Origin: the human T2T-CHM13v2.0 reference genome, Homo sapiens
NCBI RefSeq assembly: GCF_009914755.1
Contig: NC_060925.1
Direction: 5' to 3' (one strand)
DNA: 64,000 bases
A program made the position numbers and the translations under genes. Below, in pieces: positions 48,247-64,000 of the stretch. Numbering within the stretch: the first letter of the stretch is position 1; every line of letters starts with the position of its first letter. The notes below the pieces were generated by a model. It made no database searches. It had not been told where the DNA came from and saw only the letters and a list, made by a program, of their open reading frames with translations.

Positions 48247-50107
48247 CTAAGGACAAAATTCAAAAACTATGCATTAACACTAGAGTTGACAGATATTTTA
48301 AGAACCAGTTCATTTCTGAGTTCTGTCATTACTGTTTGATATTTTAAGTTGAATGTATTCTTAAAACAAAATATTTTCTAATAGCAATGGACTTAAGGTC
48401 TCATAACTCAGTGTGTTTTGCAAAATTAATTTCATGGAACAGTGAATACTCAGCACTACTAAATATCACATGCCACCTATTCATTAGGAAAGCTGTCTGA
48501 TTCACATACCAAAGGAGGAAAAATTAACAAACGTAATGTACTTCTGACTATGAGTAATTCATACCATTTGCTTATAGTTGCTCTTCCTAGTCATCTATTT
48601 AGCTACTCAGTAGTTAAACCAAGAAAAACTTCACTGAAATAGTTGAAAATTACATCAATGCATCCTTGTACTCGCTAACAATATTTTTAACTTATTATGA
48701 GAAGAAAGCACTTAAAAAAAGGAACAAGTAGTATCTTAATTATTTGGTTTATTGCAAACATTTTGTGGTAATTTGTAAGTACTATGAGGTACTTCCACAT
48801 TTATTTAAGCAAAATATTTGTTTAAGTTTGTGAAGGTACTATCCAGAAACACTATATATTCTGCTTTTTTGGCTAAAAAGAATTTTTAAAGCCAAAATAC
48901 ATGGGTCTTTCAGTACCACTTAATGTATCATAAAAGGAAACGTCTTAATTTAAACTAATACATTATAAGAAGCAAATAATACCAACAGAGAATTTTAAAA
49001 ATATATTAAGCTCATACCTGTACTTCCCAGAAATTAAAAAAATTATCAAATTACCTCCCAAGAAACTTAAGTAAAATGTCTATTATAACTGTCAGGAATC
49101 TTAGCACAAATTCCCATTGCTAATAAACAAATAAATAAACATGTCTACTCAGAGCCAAGTATCACACTTGCACCTAATTCTAATATGATCAGCTTTTATT
49201 TTTAAAATGCAGCTCAATTATCTGGCAAAATAGCTCAGGTAATCTGCCACAATATTTCTGTAAGAAAAAAAAACTTCTATAATTTCAGAATAATTGCTTT
49301 CTTTGCTGTCTTAAAGAGAGAGCACTTAACTAGTTTCTCCTTTGTATCATCAGTTACCTAATTAAAGTAAGCAATAAGAGCCTTAAACATAATTTCATAT
49401 ACATTCAGGGTCACAGGTCCTAATTGAATTGGAAAAAGAATATGGTGACAGTCTCCTAATCCTTAATCGAGAGGTCTAGACCAAAAACAGTAAGTTAACA
49501 CCTTAATAAAGGAGACTGAAAAACAATCCTTGTTTTATCCCAATTTCAACACTATGTGGCACTGGTGTTTTGTGACAACGTGAAAACAGCTCCTTTATCT
49601 TCAGATTATATTTCTCACATTACTGACACTGAAACTGCATATTGCACTATTGAGAGACTATTTAATAATTTATCCAGTACTATACAGCAAGATATTTGAA
49701 CAGGTAGATGAATGGGTAAAATTCAACTAATTAGATGAGTGCATGTGATGTAAATAGAGAACAAAAAAAAAAATAAGATGCAAATGCCAATATAAAACTA
49801 CAAAAAAAAAAAGAAAAAAGCCTACGGAAAAAAATACATGTTTACTTAAAATAAAATTACAGACACCAGTGATACTGAAAGGCAACCAGGTAGCTTGGCT
49901 GAGGTGATTCAGGTTCCACTCCTGGCTCTGCCTCTAGGTGTGTGGCCTCTGACAAGTCACTTAACCCCTAAGTATCAGCATTTCTCATCTGTAGGGTAGA
50001 AGGGGCCAAACTAAGTCAATTCTGCCCCTCAGCTAACCCGTACTATAAATTTAATCATTCCTAATGGTCAGGTACCATATAGACACTTGCGTTAATGCAA
50101 CAGTTAG

Positions 50108-50730
<623 letters not shown>

Positions 50731-50799
50731 AAAACTGAGCTTTTGTAATGTCCAATAACCCTGCTCGTTCTCCCACATCCTACAAGACTGCTGGGTCAC

Positions 50800-51930
50800 A
50801 GGGATGGCTGTGTCCCCAGTGTCTACTGCTGCTTCCCACCCACACTCTCTCTCCACCCTCCCCCTACAGTCATCTATAAACTCTGGTCACAATCCCTGGT
50901 CACTAACGATGTGACCAACTGACTCCCTTGTTCTCTCCACCTCCAAGTCCTGCCTTCATTCTGGATGACATTACCGCCCAAATGCTAGCCTCTCAGTTCT
51001 AGCTTTCTCGTCTCCACTCTAATTCAGCCTCATTTCAGGGCCCCACCTGGGACCACAACACTAGAAGCCCTCTACCTCCGAAATTTTCAATTCAAACCTT
51101 CTGTTTTTTGACCACTATTTCCTTTCAATCTCAGGCGTCTCACTCATTTCCTCTCACACCTGTTCTTTCATCTAACTGAGACTCACAGCCTCTTAACTCT
51201 GTCTACTCTTTCCCCACAGCCCCTCCTGTCTTCACTTCTTCCCCACCCAGCTAAGGTATCACCTTGCCAATACCCTCTTCTCCCCTGTCCCACTGAACTC
51301 CCATTGAATTTGTCTAGAAACCTTGGGTTTTCTAGACAATTGCCTAGAAAAATTTGTCTAGACACCTTTGTTTTCTTCTCTTCTTACAACCCACCTGGGC
51401 TGTAGACCACCACTGGAGAAAAATCATGTATGGTCTCATGGTCTCTAATCTCAACTGGCCTCAATGGTTCCCAGCAGTCTGGCTTCCCTAGTAAGCCCTC
51501 TCTCCTAATCTCCAAAACAGCTCCAGCTTCCCACCCACCTCCATCATCACTCCTACCTCAGAGAAAACAAATGTTTTTAGATGAGAAATCCCTCAACTTA
51601 CTCCCACAAAATGCACAAATTTAGCCACATCTGCCACAGTTTTATTTCTGTCCTGTTATTATGGAAGAGGGATCCTTCCTCTTGTCTAAGAGGACTTTCT
51701 GCCTCAGGGCTGTGGAAGGACCTAATCAGGGACCCTGCCTAACAAGTATTTCCTTTCTTATAGTTTCAACCCCCTGCTCTAATGACTCCTTCCCACCTGC
51801 ATTAAACAACTATAGTCAAACTTCTCCCCTCGACAGCCTATCTCCACTGTTTCCACTTCCTAACCTCTCCTTCACCTCTCAAATTACCTGGCTTCTCATC
51901 ATGTGCCACCTACTACTCCCAGCACAAAAT
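50800..51930. mobile_element. Degraded LINE-2-like sequence
   Basis: C/T-rich degenerate L2-like text; by-eye call. Confidence 0.5.
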
Positions 51931-51972
51931 AAAAGCTTAAATATCTGTCACGATTCACAGAGCACTACCTAC

Positions 51973-52086
51973 CAATGTCCCTGCCAGGGGGGCGTTCATG
52001 ACGAAGGAAGAAGCGAACTTCGTTCCTCTGACTTCCAAATCGTTGAAGAACATCAAACATTCGCTCATTATCCGCAACTGGACGTT
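51973..52086 (-). CDS. TP53BP2: TP53BP2 exon 3 ((E)RPVADNERMFDVLQRFGSQRNEVRFFLRHERPPGRDI), ubiquitin-like/RA domain
   Basis: ctttag|AA acceptor, TTG|gtaggt donor. Confidence 0.96.
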
Positions 52087-53457
52087 CTAAAGCAAATGAG
52101 TAGAAACCACATTATTTTCAGGTAAAAGAAAGATAAATATATCATTCACCATCTATCCTTCATGCAAATTATACATTATGGATACAACAAATGCTTAGTA
52201 TCTCAGGTAAATTTTTTTCATTAAAACACGTCTTAGAAACTGAAGTCACACAGATTTTCCACACACACAGAGTCAAGCCAGGGTGGAATACTACAAAAGG
52301 CAATGCATCTCAGCCAGCTGTCAGGAGCTCAGCAGTCTAAATCCAGTGGGCTCCACGCTGGCCACAGGTGCACCATTTAACTTCTGTGGTTCCAAAAGTT
52401 TCTGTAAAATCTATATTAGATCACATAGTCCCTTCTAACACTAATATTCATGATTCTCCGAATATACAAAGAAAATATTAAAAAGCAACTTTCTAAATAG
52501 CCTAGTCTTTTTTTTTTAATTGTAGTTTTCAATACAGGCTATTTTTAAATTATAATTTTACAAACAATATTTAAAAAAATCAGACCCATCCATTTCCAAA
52601 TAAAAGTCTATTTACTGCTGTAAAATGTATCTATATTTGCCCCTCTTCCAGTGAGAATACCAGTGTCAGAATTTTTCTGGAAACAAAAAGAAGGGCACAC
52701 CTAAATACCTAGTAAAAATAGAAGCTTCAGGAGAAACAATATATCTCAAGCTGTCCTAAAAAAATCTTCCAATCTCAAGGGATCTGGATATAAAAACGAG
52801 ACACACTGTTTGAGGAGGCAATTGCTTAAAATCAATGAAACTCCAGTAATGTCAACATGATTTTTAAATATAAGAATGTTGAAATACCCTAAGAAAACTC
52901 AACACATTTATCAGTAATCAAGGACACTATCTTAACACCTTAAATAAACATGGGCAGAGAACAGAGCAGGCAAGCATTCACCAGCCAATTTGGTGAACCA
53001 ACCCTGAACTTAATCTGCTTGGCTGCAACAAAATGCAGTTCTGGTTCTACTTCCAGTAACATAACATACTGAGTTGACATAGATAATCCCCTTTTATAAA
53101 CCACACATATTCTAAGACCTCCCCCAAAAAGGATACACCACAGTTAGAGAGAAACACCTCCAAAAGAAATTCTGAGTAGCCCTTCCACCCACCCCTACAA
53201 AATACACACACACATGCTGTACTCAAAACAAGTAAAATCTCCAGGTTCCAGGAGCAAAGAGAGAACTCAAAGGAAGTAAAGTAGCTTGCTGTCCACGCTG
53301 GACTGCCCCAGAAAGATATGGACTTCTCACAAGCTCTAGGCTAACATCCCGATGGCCCTGTGATGGCAAAAGATCAGGCATAGGCCTGCATAAGCTGAAA
53401 CAGACACTTAAAGGCTCTCAAAGCTCCCTACTAACACTCATGTGCCAGCCACACCTA

Positions 53458-53760
53458 CGGTCATGCACTGCATGTTGACAGTGGTCCCATAAGATTTTAA
53501 GGCCATATTTTTACTGTACCTTTTCCTATGTTTAGATACACAAATATGTACCACTGTGTTACAACTGCCTACAGTATTCAATACAGTAACATGCTGTACA
53601 GGTTTGTAGCCTAGGAGCAAAAGGCTGTATACCATATAGCCTAGGTGTGTAGTAGGCTATACCATCTAGATTTGTGTAAGTACGCTCTATGATGTTCACA
53701 CAACAAAATCACCTAATGACAAATTTCTCGGCACGTATCACCATTATTGACACATGACTG
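53458..53760. mobile_element. Tigger3a/MER7-like element with TA TSD
   Basis: TA|CGGTCATGC...CACATGACTG|TA inverted termini; internal gtggtcccataagatt and ggtttgtagcctaggagcaa. Confidence 0.8.
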
Positions 53761-54573
53761 TATCTCCTTGACAGGGCATTCCTGCCTATGTGACTCTGAA
53801 CATGCCATTCCTATCATTCATCATCTCCCCCAGCACCCTTTTCTCCTGCAGATGAAATACATCTATTACTGCAACTATCACATTGTATTATAAATGTCTG
53901 TGGATACTTGTTTCTCTTTGTGCCCTGTAAGATACCTGAAGGCAACTTTCATCTCTGTATCCCTCTCAATCAAGTGCAGTCCCTAGCACATAACAGGCAT
54001 CCGAGAAATATTCACTAAGCAAATACACGAGTGGGTAGTGAGGAAATGCAAAAGGAAACAAGACAGGAGAGGAGAAGAAAGGCTAAACACTTAGAGAATT
54101 AAATAATAGGGGAACACATTTACACCTCTGGAATAAGAATTTTTTTTTTAATAACACACTAATAGGCCTAAGATCCTGAATGGTTTTTAAATGCCTACAA
54201 ATCAAGAGGGAAGGGAAAAAGCCAGAGTAAACATGAGCAAAGAATATAAAGAAACAATTTCAAAAACCAAAAAGCCAAATGGCCAATGAACAAATGAAAA
54301 AACAGGCAACCACATTTGAAATCAGAAATATGCAAATTTAAACAAAAGTCAGGTTTTCAGCTATCAGTTTAGTAAAAGTTAAAATATTATAACTTGATGA
54401 GGAATACATCTAGAAATAACTGGAAAGGGTATGAACTGATATAACCTTTGCAGAAGGAAATCTGACAATATATATTACATTTTCAAATGTGTGAACCTTT
54501 ATGTTAATGTGGTTCATGATAGTAACCTTTTTACTACCTATGGGTATCCCATAACATCATGTTGTATACCTTA

Positions 54574-57466
<2,893 letters not shown>

Positions 57467-57529
57467 TTATCTCAGTAAAGAATAAAGCAAGGTAATTTGC
57501 TAAATGCAAGGAGGTTACCAGGAGCAGCT

Positions 57530-58480
57530 AGAAGTTCATTTCCTCATTCTGCAAATATTTCTACAGCATCTACTAGGTACAAGGCACTCCCCTTGAGCTG
57601 GGGATACAGCAGTGAACAAGATAAACAAGGTCTCTACCCTTAAATAGTTTACATTCTAGTGCATATGTTTGGGGCTATCAGGATAAAAGGAGCAATAAAC
57701 TAATAAACACACACAAAGAGTGACGGGCCTTCTGCAGAGGATTACATCAGGATGATGTAACTGAGAACTAACTTCATGGCTACTTTTGGCAGGGTGCTCA
57801 GGAAAAGCCTCTCCAGAAGGAGATTAACATTTTAGCTGCAATCCAGAAGGAACCAGCAATGACAGTATCTGGAGACAGAGCAATACAAACAGTGGGAATG
57901 GCTATCACCAATGACTCTAAGGTGGGAATGAGCTTAGCATATTCGAGAAATATTTTAAAAGCTGCAGGAAGAAGCAGAGAAGAAAATGGTACCAGATAAG
58001 AGCAAAGACAAAGAATCTACAGAACTTCACAACCTAATATTAAAAGTTTGGATTTTATTCTAAGTGGAGGAGAAGTCGCTAGTTTTAAGCAGGAAAGTGA
58101 AATTATCTAATTTTCATTTTCAAAAGATCCCTTGGGCTTCTTCATGTGATTGTTCTAATCTGGTTCCTATGTAAACAGAAAAGAAAGTAATTCGGAGACT
58201 GCAGAAGACCTTCTAGAACATCCAACTGTAGAAAAGTTAACCAAAGATGAATAAAAGGACTTGCCTGAAAAGAAGTGGGGGCTCAGCTGAAGTTAGCTAT
58301 CATGAATGGCATGAACTCAATTAACACAGTGTGTGACTTGCTCTGGGGATATCTGGCATCCCCAGAGGTGAAAAAGGAAACCAGCAGGAGTTCATCCAGC
58401 CTGTGTAGGAACAAGGCAGAAATGATGAAAAATTACTCCCACATCTACCACCTCCTATGGAGCCAAAAAGAAACCAGGCT
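57530..58480. mobile_element. Degraded LINE-2
   Basis: ttcattt...aaatattt...agcatctactaggtacaaggcact...gggatacagcagtgaacaag resembles the L2 3' end. Confidence 0.6.
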
Positions 58481-58952
58481 ATCCCATTTTAGAGCTCCAA
58501 AGAACCATACAGAAGGATTGATTTCAAGGCTTACAATAATGCCCACGAGTTCACCACTGCTGTCTGCCACTACAGTTCCTCGACACTGAGTAGCTTCCTC
58601 TAAAAACCTACAGAAATTGAGAGAAGGCAAACCAGTTAGGATGCCTCAAATTTCTAATTAAGTAAAGCTTACACATACAAAGACACTGTTGAGCACCATC
58701 CACTGGACCACAACAGCCCAGATGACCTTTTGTATTTTATATTGTGGTGTCTCCATTTTATTGGAGAAAAAGAAAACCGAAAAAGACTTCATGTATCATA
58801 CCAAAGCTGGATCAGGAACACTATTTCTGCCGGACGTGCTATTCTCCAGTTTCTCCCCGGAGAAACATGAGCATTCACACAGTGCCACGTCTACAAACCA
58901 ACATTAATAGAAGACAGAAGAACTAAAGCACGAGGCTGTCAGCGTCTCTCAC

Positions 58953-59100
58953 CAGAGCCACACCACACTTCAGCCAAATGGCAATCACTCTCGCCGGGTT
59001 CTTTGCACAGATCCACCACGTCTCTGCATATTGTTTCTGGAGTAACTGGAACTTCTGTGAAGTGCTGCTCATTGTTACTGAGATACACGGTAAGAAACAT
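58953..59100 (-). CDS. TP53BP2: TP53BP2 exon 2 ([49 protein letters not shown]), N-terminal ubiquitin-like domain; exon 1 lies beyond the window end
   Basis: ttttag|ATG acceptor, CTG|gtgaga donor; exons 2-18 join in frame (3378 nt). Confidence 0.97.
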
Positions 59101-59520
59101 CTAAAAATTAAGAGAGAAACACATGGTTACTGGTACTGTCTGCCTAATGTGGTATTCACCTTAAATTCCTTTCTCCAAACAAAATCTCAGTTGGAAGTGC
59201 AAACGTACAACAGAACAGTCTGGCTGTCACCCGGCCAAAGGTGAGGTGTGGACTGGGGGTTGAGGGAGACCTGGAGCCCAGCCCCTACCATGGGGCAGTA
59301 GCTCTAGAACCCTTGGTGACCCTAGAATACAGTCACATCAGTTCAAATTAAATCTGTTTTTGCCAGTTTTATTCATGTTGTTTGCCAAATACTTATATAT
59401 GCTGGACCCATACTACAAATATATCTTCCTGTCAATCCTGTAAAGGTTGATGCGACAACCTCATCCATATATACTTATTTATGCACAGTCTCTTTTTTGG
59501 AAGGACACGTAAGAATGTAA

Positions 59521-59971
<451 letters not shown>

Positions 59972-60116
59972 TAAGCAAATTAAATACCTACTTTGAAGTA
60001 CAAGATTTCATTAACAAAGTATAAGTAGAAATGAGTAGCTGTTATGTTAACACCTACCTGACCTTGTATATAAACACTGAGACCAACAGAAGGTTTACAT
60101 TTAAAACTCACTAATA

Positions 60117-60488
<372 letters not shown>

Positions 60489-62069
60489 TTAAATTTTTCA
60501 CACCTATTAAATTACAAAAAAAAAAATCTTGTTAATTTCCAATGCTGAAGAAACGAAGTGAAACAGGAAACAAGTTTTCGACAGTGATGCAAATTAGTAA
60601 GGCTCTATGTTTATTCAATTCAATGAGTAACTCCATGCAAGTCAGTATGTATCAGGATTAAAAAATAATAATTTGAAAGCGTTACCTCACAGTGAGAATA
60701 CATCCTGTGAAAATAATTCCAATCAAAGAAAGAGAATGCATAACCTATGGAACATAAACTTGAGGGACAAGTTTAGTCTTTTAAAATCATTAATGAAACT
60801 ATGCTAAGCACTGGGAAAAGTTTGGGTTTTAAGACTGCAAAAAAGCAGAATAAGTAGGATATACCCTATGACCACAATGACAGGAGGACATCACACAGCA
60901 ATTGGAGGGCCTACCAACAGTCACACAACTCCCCTTCCAACTTAAATGTCTCTGCCCATTACCCCCAAGTGGAGAAAGCTGCATTAAGATGTTGCTTGGG
61001 AAAAGGCAGCACCGGATTAGGGATGATGATGGAAACTGGCTAAGACATCAGACTCGGTGCCTCAAGAATTGGTCAGAGAAAGAGGAGATATACATGAGAG
61101 AAAGAGCGGACCCTTGCACTCAAGCCAGTCCAAGCCTCCACATTCTGCAACCAAAGCTGTTAACTCACATGAACAGGTATAACAGAGGGTAATCCAGAAA
61201 AATTAAAATAGTGAACACTGTTGAAACAATTTTTTAATGGAAAAATAAAAAAACACTGTAGACTTTCCCAGTATGAGCTCAAAAGCTCTCAAGCTAATTA
61301 TCTCAGGCTTTTCACATTTTGACTACATAAAGGTACACAGTTCTAGAGTTCAACTTAGCCAACAAGGCAGCACTCAAAATTATTACACAAAAATCATAAA
61401 GCCTTGACTAAATCATTGAAAAAATAAAACGATTAACAAAGCACAGAAGTACACTCGTCTGCTGCTCCCAAAGTATACAGCATATTCAGTGATGGAGACA
61501 AATAATGTACACTTTAGCATTAAATACTCCCTCTCCATACTCCCTACCGATGCAAAAACTTGCTTTGAAGTTTATCACTTTGAAAATAGTAACTTTTCAT
61601 TGTAAATATGAAGCTTAGAGGTGTTAAGTTACAGAAATACTGGAAATACAGAGTATATGCTAAACACACACCTTATCAACAAATAAAAGCCTATTATGTA
61701 AGATAGCACCTTACCTCTGTAAACTTCATCTTTCAGACACATTATCTCAGAAACTTACATCAACTCTCAGATAAACAGCAGGTGTTATTTTCTCTTTATA
61801 AATGAAGAAAAAGACTCAGATAAGTGATCTATTTGCCTACTGAAATGAGAAAGGTACAATTCTGTTTTTCTGATCTATCCTCTATTCTTTAAGCTGTCCT
61901 TTATAGAAAGAAAATACTAGGAAATGCTCCATTTAACCACAGTTACCCACACTTTAACAGAGATCTGATCTTTTACTTTCTGGAAAACCAACAGCTTCAT
62001 TTATTTAAAAGTACAATTAAAAATAAGAATGATGACAGATGTGTTCTATTTATGGTTACTTTTCCCACA

Positions 62070-62225
62070 GGTTTAACACTGGTATGAACAGTAAGTGTAC
62101 GAGTTGACCCCGCTTCTACCTGTAATGTATGGAGATTAGCTCTGCGGTGATTTTAGTAATTGTACTGCAGTCCGCGATGCTGGGCCAGCAACACGCTATT
62201 TTTGTCGATTCCCAGGCAGGAGATC
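62070..62225 (+). other. Unexplained CpG-rich segment with splice signals, potential stem-loops and an Sm-site-like ATTTTTG (candidate small RNA or antisense microexon)
   Basis: 7 CpG in 62100-62207; donor ACA|GTAAGT at 62090/62091; ATTTTTG at 62198-62204 between two hand-folded hairpins. Confidence 0.3.
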
Positions 62226-62320
62226 TAGTTCAAACTCCAGATTTCTTCATAATTAGTTAGACTACCTTAGGCAAGTAATGTCACCTCTCTGAAACTCAGC
62301 ATCCTCATCTTCAAAATGAG
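62226..62320. mobile_element. MIR fragment
   Basis: gttcaaactcc...accttaggcaagt...cacctctctgaaactcag...cctcatct...aaaatg matches the MIR core. Confidence 0.65.
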
Positions 62321-62343
62321 TCTTTAAGTTCCCCAATAGCTAC

Positions 62344-62416
62344 ACGTTTACCTACGTAACAAACCTGCACATCCTGCACCTGTATCCCAGAACTTAAAAT
62401 TAATTTTTAAAAAAAA
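62344..62416 (+). mobile_element. About 73-bp 3'-terminal L1PA stub with an 18-bp degenerate TSD
   Basis: acgtttacctacgtaacaaacctgcacatcctgcac...agaacttaaa plus A-tail; TSD at 62326-62343 and 62417-62434. Confidence 0.85.
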
Positions 62417-62459
62417 AAGTTCCCTAAGAGCTACTATTTAGTAAATGTTTACTAGGTAC

Positions 62460-62756
62460 CAGAGTAAAAGTCAACATTTTTACAGCAGCCTACAAGGTCT
62501 GCTGTAGTCATGATCTGGCCCCCATTTCCTTCTAATCCCCCCTCACTCTGTGCTCTATCAGCGTCCTCTTTGCTGTTCATCAAACACACCAGGCATGTTC
62601 CCAGGTGGGAGCCTCTGTACTTGCTGTTCCTCTATTTGGAATGCGCTTCTTTGTATGCCAGTGTAACTCTCCCTTCCTCATCTCCGTCACGCCTTTACTC
62701 AGATGTCACCCTCTCAGTGAAGCCTTACCTAGGAACCCTACCTAGAATTCCAACAC

Positions 62757-62790
<34 letters not shown>

Positions 62791-62990
62791 AGCCCATTCT
62801 TCTGCTTTATTTCCCTCCTTAGCACAGTCACTAACATGTCATATGTTATATTTATTTAACTCATTTTTATTATCTGCCTTTCCTACTAGAAAGTAAGCTC
62901 CATACAGTCAAAGGTTTTGTCTTTGTTCAGTGTTGTAGACTCAGCGCCTAGAACTGTGCTTGGTGTGTAACAAGTACACACTAAGTATTA
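62460..62990. mobile_element. LINE-2 3' part containing a (CA)n microsatellite (62761-62787)
   Basis: ttgctgttcctctatttggaatgc...gtaagctccat...cagcgcctagaactgtgcttgg resembles the L2 3' end. Confidence 0.65.
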
Positions 62991-64000
62991 AATCCTGCAA
63001 ATGTGATTGCATTTTACAGATGAAAACACTGAAGCACAGAGGGATTTAAGTAACTCACCCAGGTCACACAGCTATTAAGTGGCAAAACCAAGATTGAGCC
63101 CCTTCCTTGAGAGCATACAGGTAAAGACTCTCCTGAATCTGGACCACACGGTGCCAAGTGTGTCACTGCCTCTAGTTCTGTCTTTTAGAGCAACATTTTG
63201 CCCACAATCCATCATCTCACCTGATTTATTTTCACGGTCAGTTTTGTTTCAGGTACTGCTAAACGGTATGGCATGTAGCGTGTAGCACAGCTATATACTC
63301 TCAAATGAGAGAGTGTGTTGTCCACTCATATCTTCAGCTTACATCCTGCTACCATCATTCTACCTCTGTTTCAACATTATTTTCATTCATTCAGTATTTA
63401 CAGATCATCTGCTATATGTCTCTGTTCTAATGTAAAAATAATCTTTACTAAACAGGTAATACTACAGACAGTACAAAATTCAAAGAGAGAGAAAGAAAGC
63501 TGTTAGAAGGACACAGCCAGCCCACAGGAAGGAAGTCAAAAAAATAAACACCACAACCTGGCTCCTTCCCTCTCATGTCCACCCACTACTCCCCACTGGA
63601 CAAACCCAACTACCTACCAGATGGCAAGGGAAGCGGTTGATGCAGTTTAGAGAAGTCAACCTCCTAAGGCACAAAGCAGGGTGGAGGAAGGTGAAAAGTG
63701 AATGCAGAGAGGCAAAAAAAAGACACTCAGCACAGGAGCCCTCCTCTCCGTACTATGCAGTCAGAGGACTCTTGAGCAACCGAGCAACCATCTAAAGGAA
63801 GTGAGGACACAGCCCAGCTAAGGTCTGGGAGAAGAATGTGCCAACCAGAGGCAACACATTTAAAGCCCTTGAGAAGGAAACAAGTTTGTCACATTTGCAC
63901 AAGAGGAAGGTCACTGCAGACGAAGCAAGAGGAAAGGGTTAATTCAAGGAGGCAAGCAAAAGCCAGATCATGCATGTCTTTATAGGCTGGAGGTTCCCAA

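Noticed and set aside
51978-51996. CTCF-like motif in TP53BP2 exon 3 (CTGCCAGGGGGGCG)
   Set aside because: Six Gs break the core spacing, and the bases are explained by Arg-Pro-Pro-Gly codons on the - strand.
62093-62225. H/ACA snoRNA on the host (-) strand, or a U4/U11/U12 pseudogene
   Set aside because: An ANANNA and an ACA are present but the spacing and 5' hairpin do not fit, and I recall no extended similarity to human spliceosomal snRNAs beyond a 10-nt match to U11.
62228-62241. snRNA 3'-box-like GTTCAAACTCCAGA after the candidate element
   Set aside because: Too close to the terminal hairpin and explained by the adjacent MIR consensus; not counted as support.

Overview
Human (or near-identical great-ape) genomic DNA from the CAPN2/TP53BP2 locus (1q41-q42). 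The + strand carries the last seven exons of CAPN2 (calpain-2 penta-EF-hand region, stop 12588-12590, 3' UTR to about 13750). The - strand carries exons 2-18 of TP53BP2/ASPP2 (59100 down to about 17625); the spliced exons give 3378 nt, an open frame of 1125 aa plus stop. The genes are convergent, with 3' ends about 3.9 kb apart. The rest is intronic or intergenic DNA rich in Alu, L1, L2, MIR, MLT1 and MER/Tigger elements; most short ORFs in the ORF track are repeat-derived noise. Main observations: (1) a U12-type CAPN2 intron that is about 70% retrotransposon insertions with recognisable TSDs; (2) an Alu insertion whose TSD duplicated the TP53BP2 exon 5 splice donor; (3) a 40-bp Alu stub with a perfect TSD beside the exon 14 donor; (4) an unexplained CpG-rich element of about 155 nt at 62070-62225 with a splice donor, hand-folded stem-loops and an Sm-site-like motif, which remains speculative. 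Exon numbers follow my recollection of the reference models; repeat boundaries and subfamily calls were made by eye.
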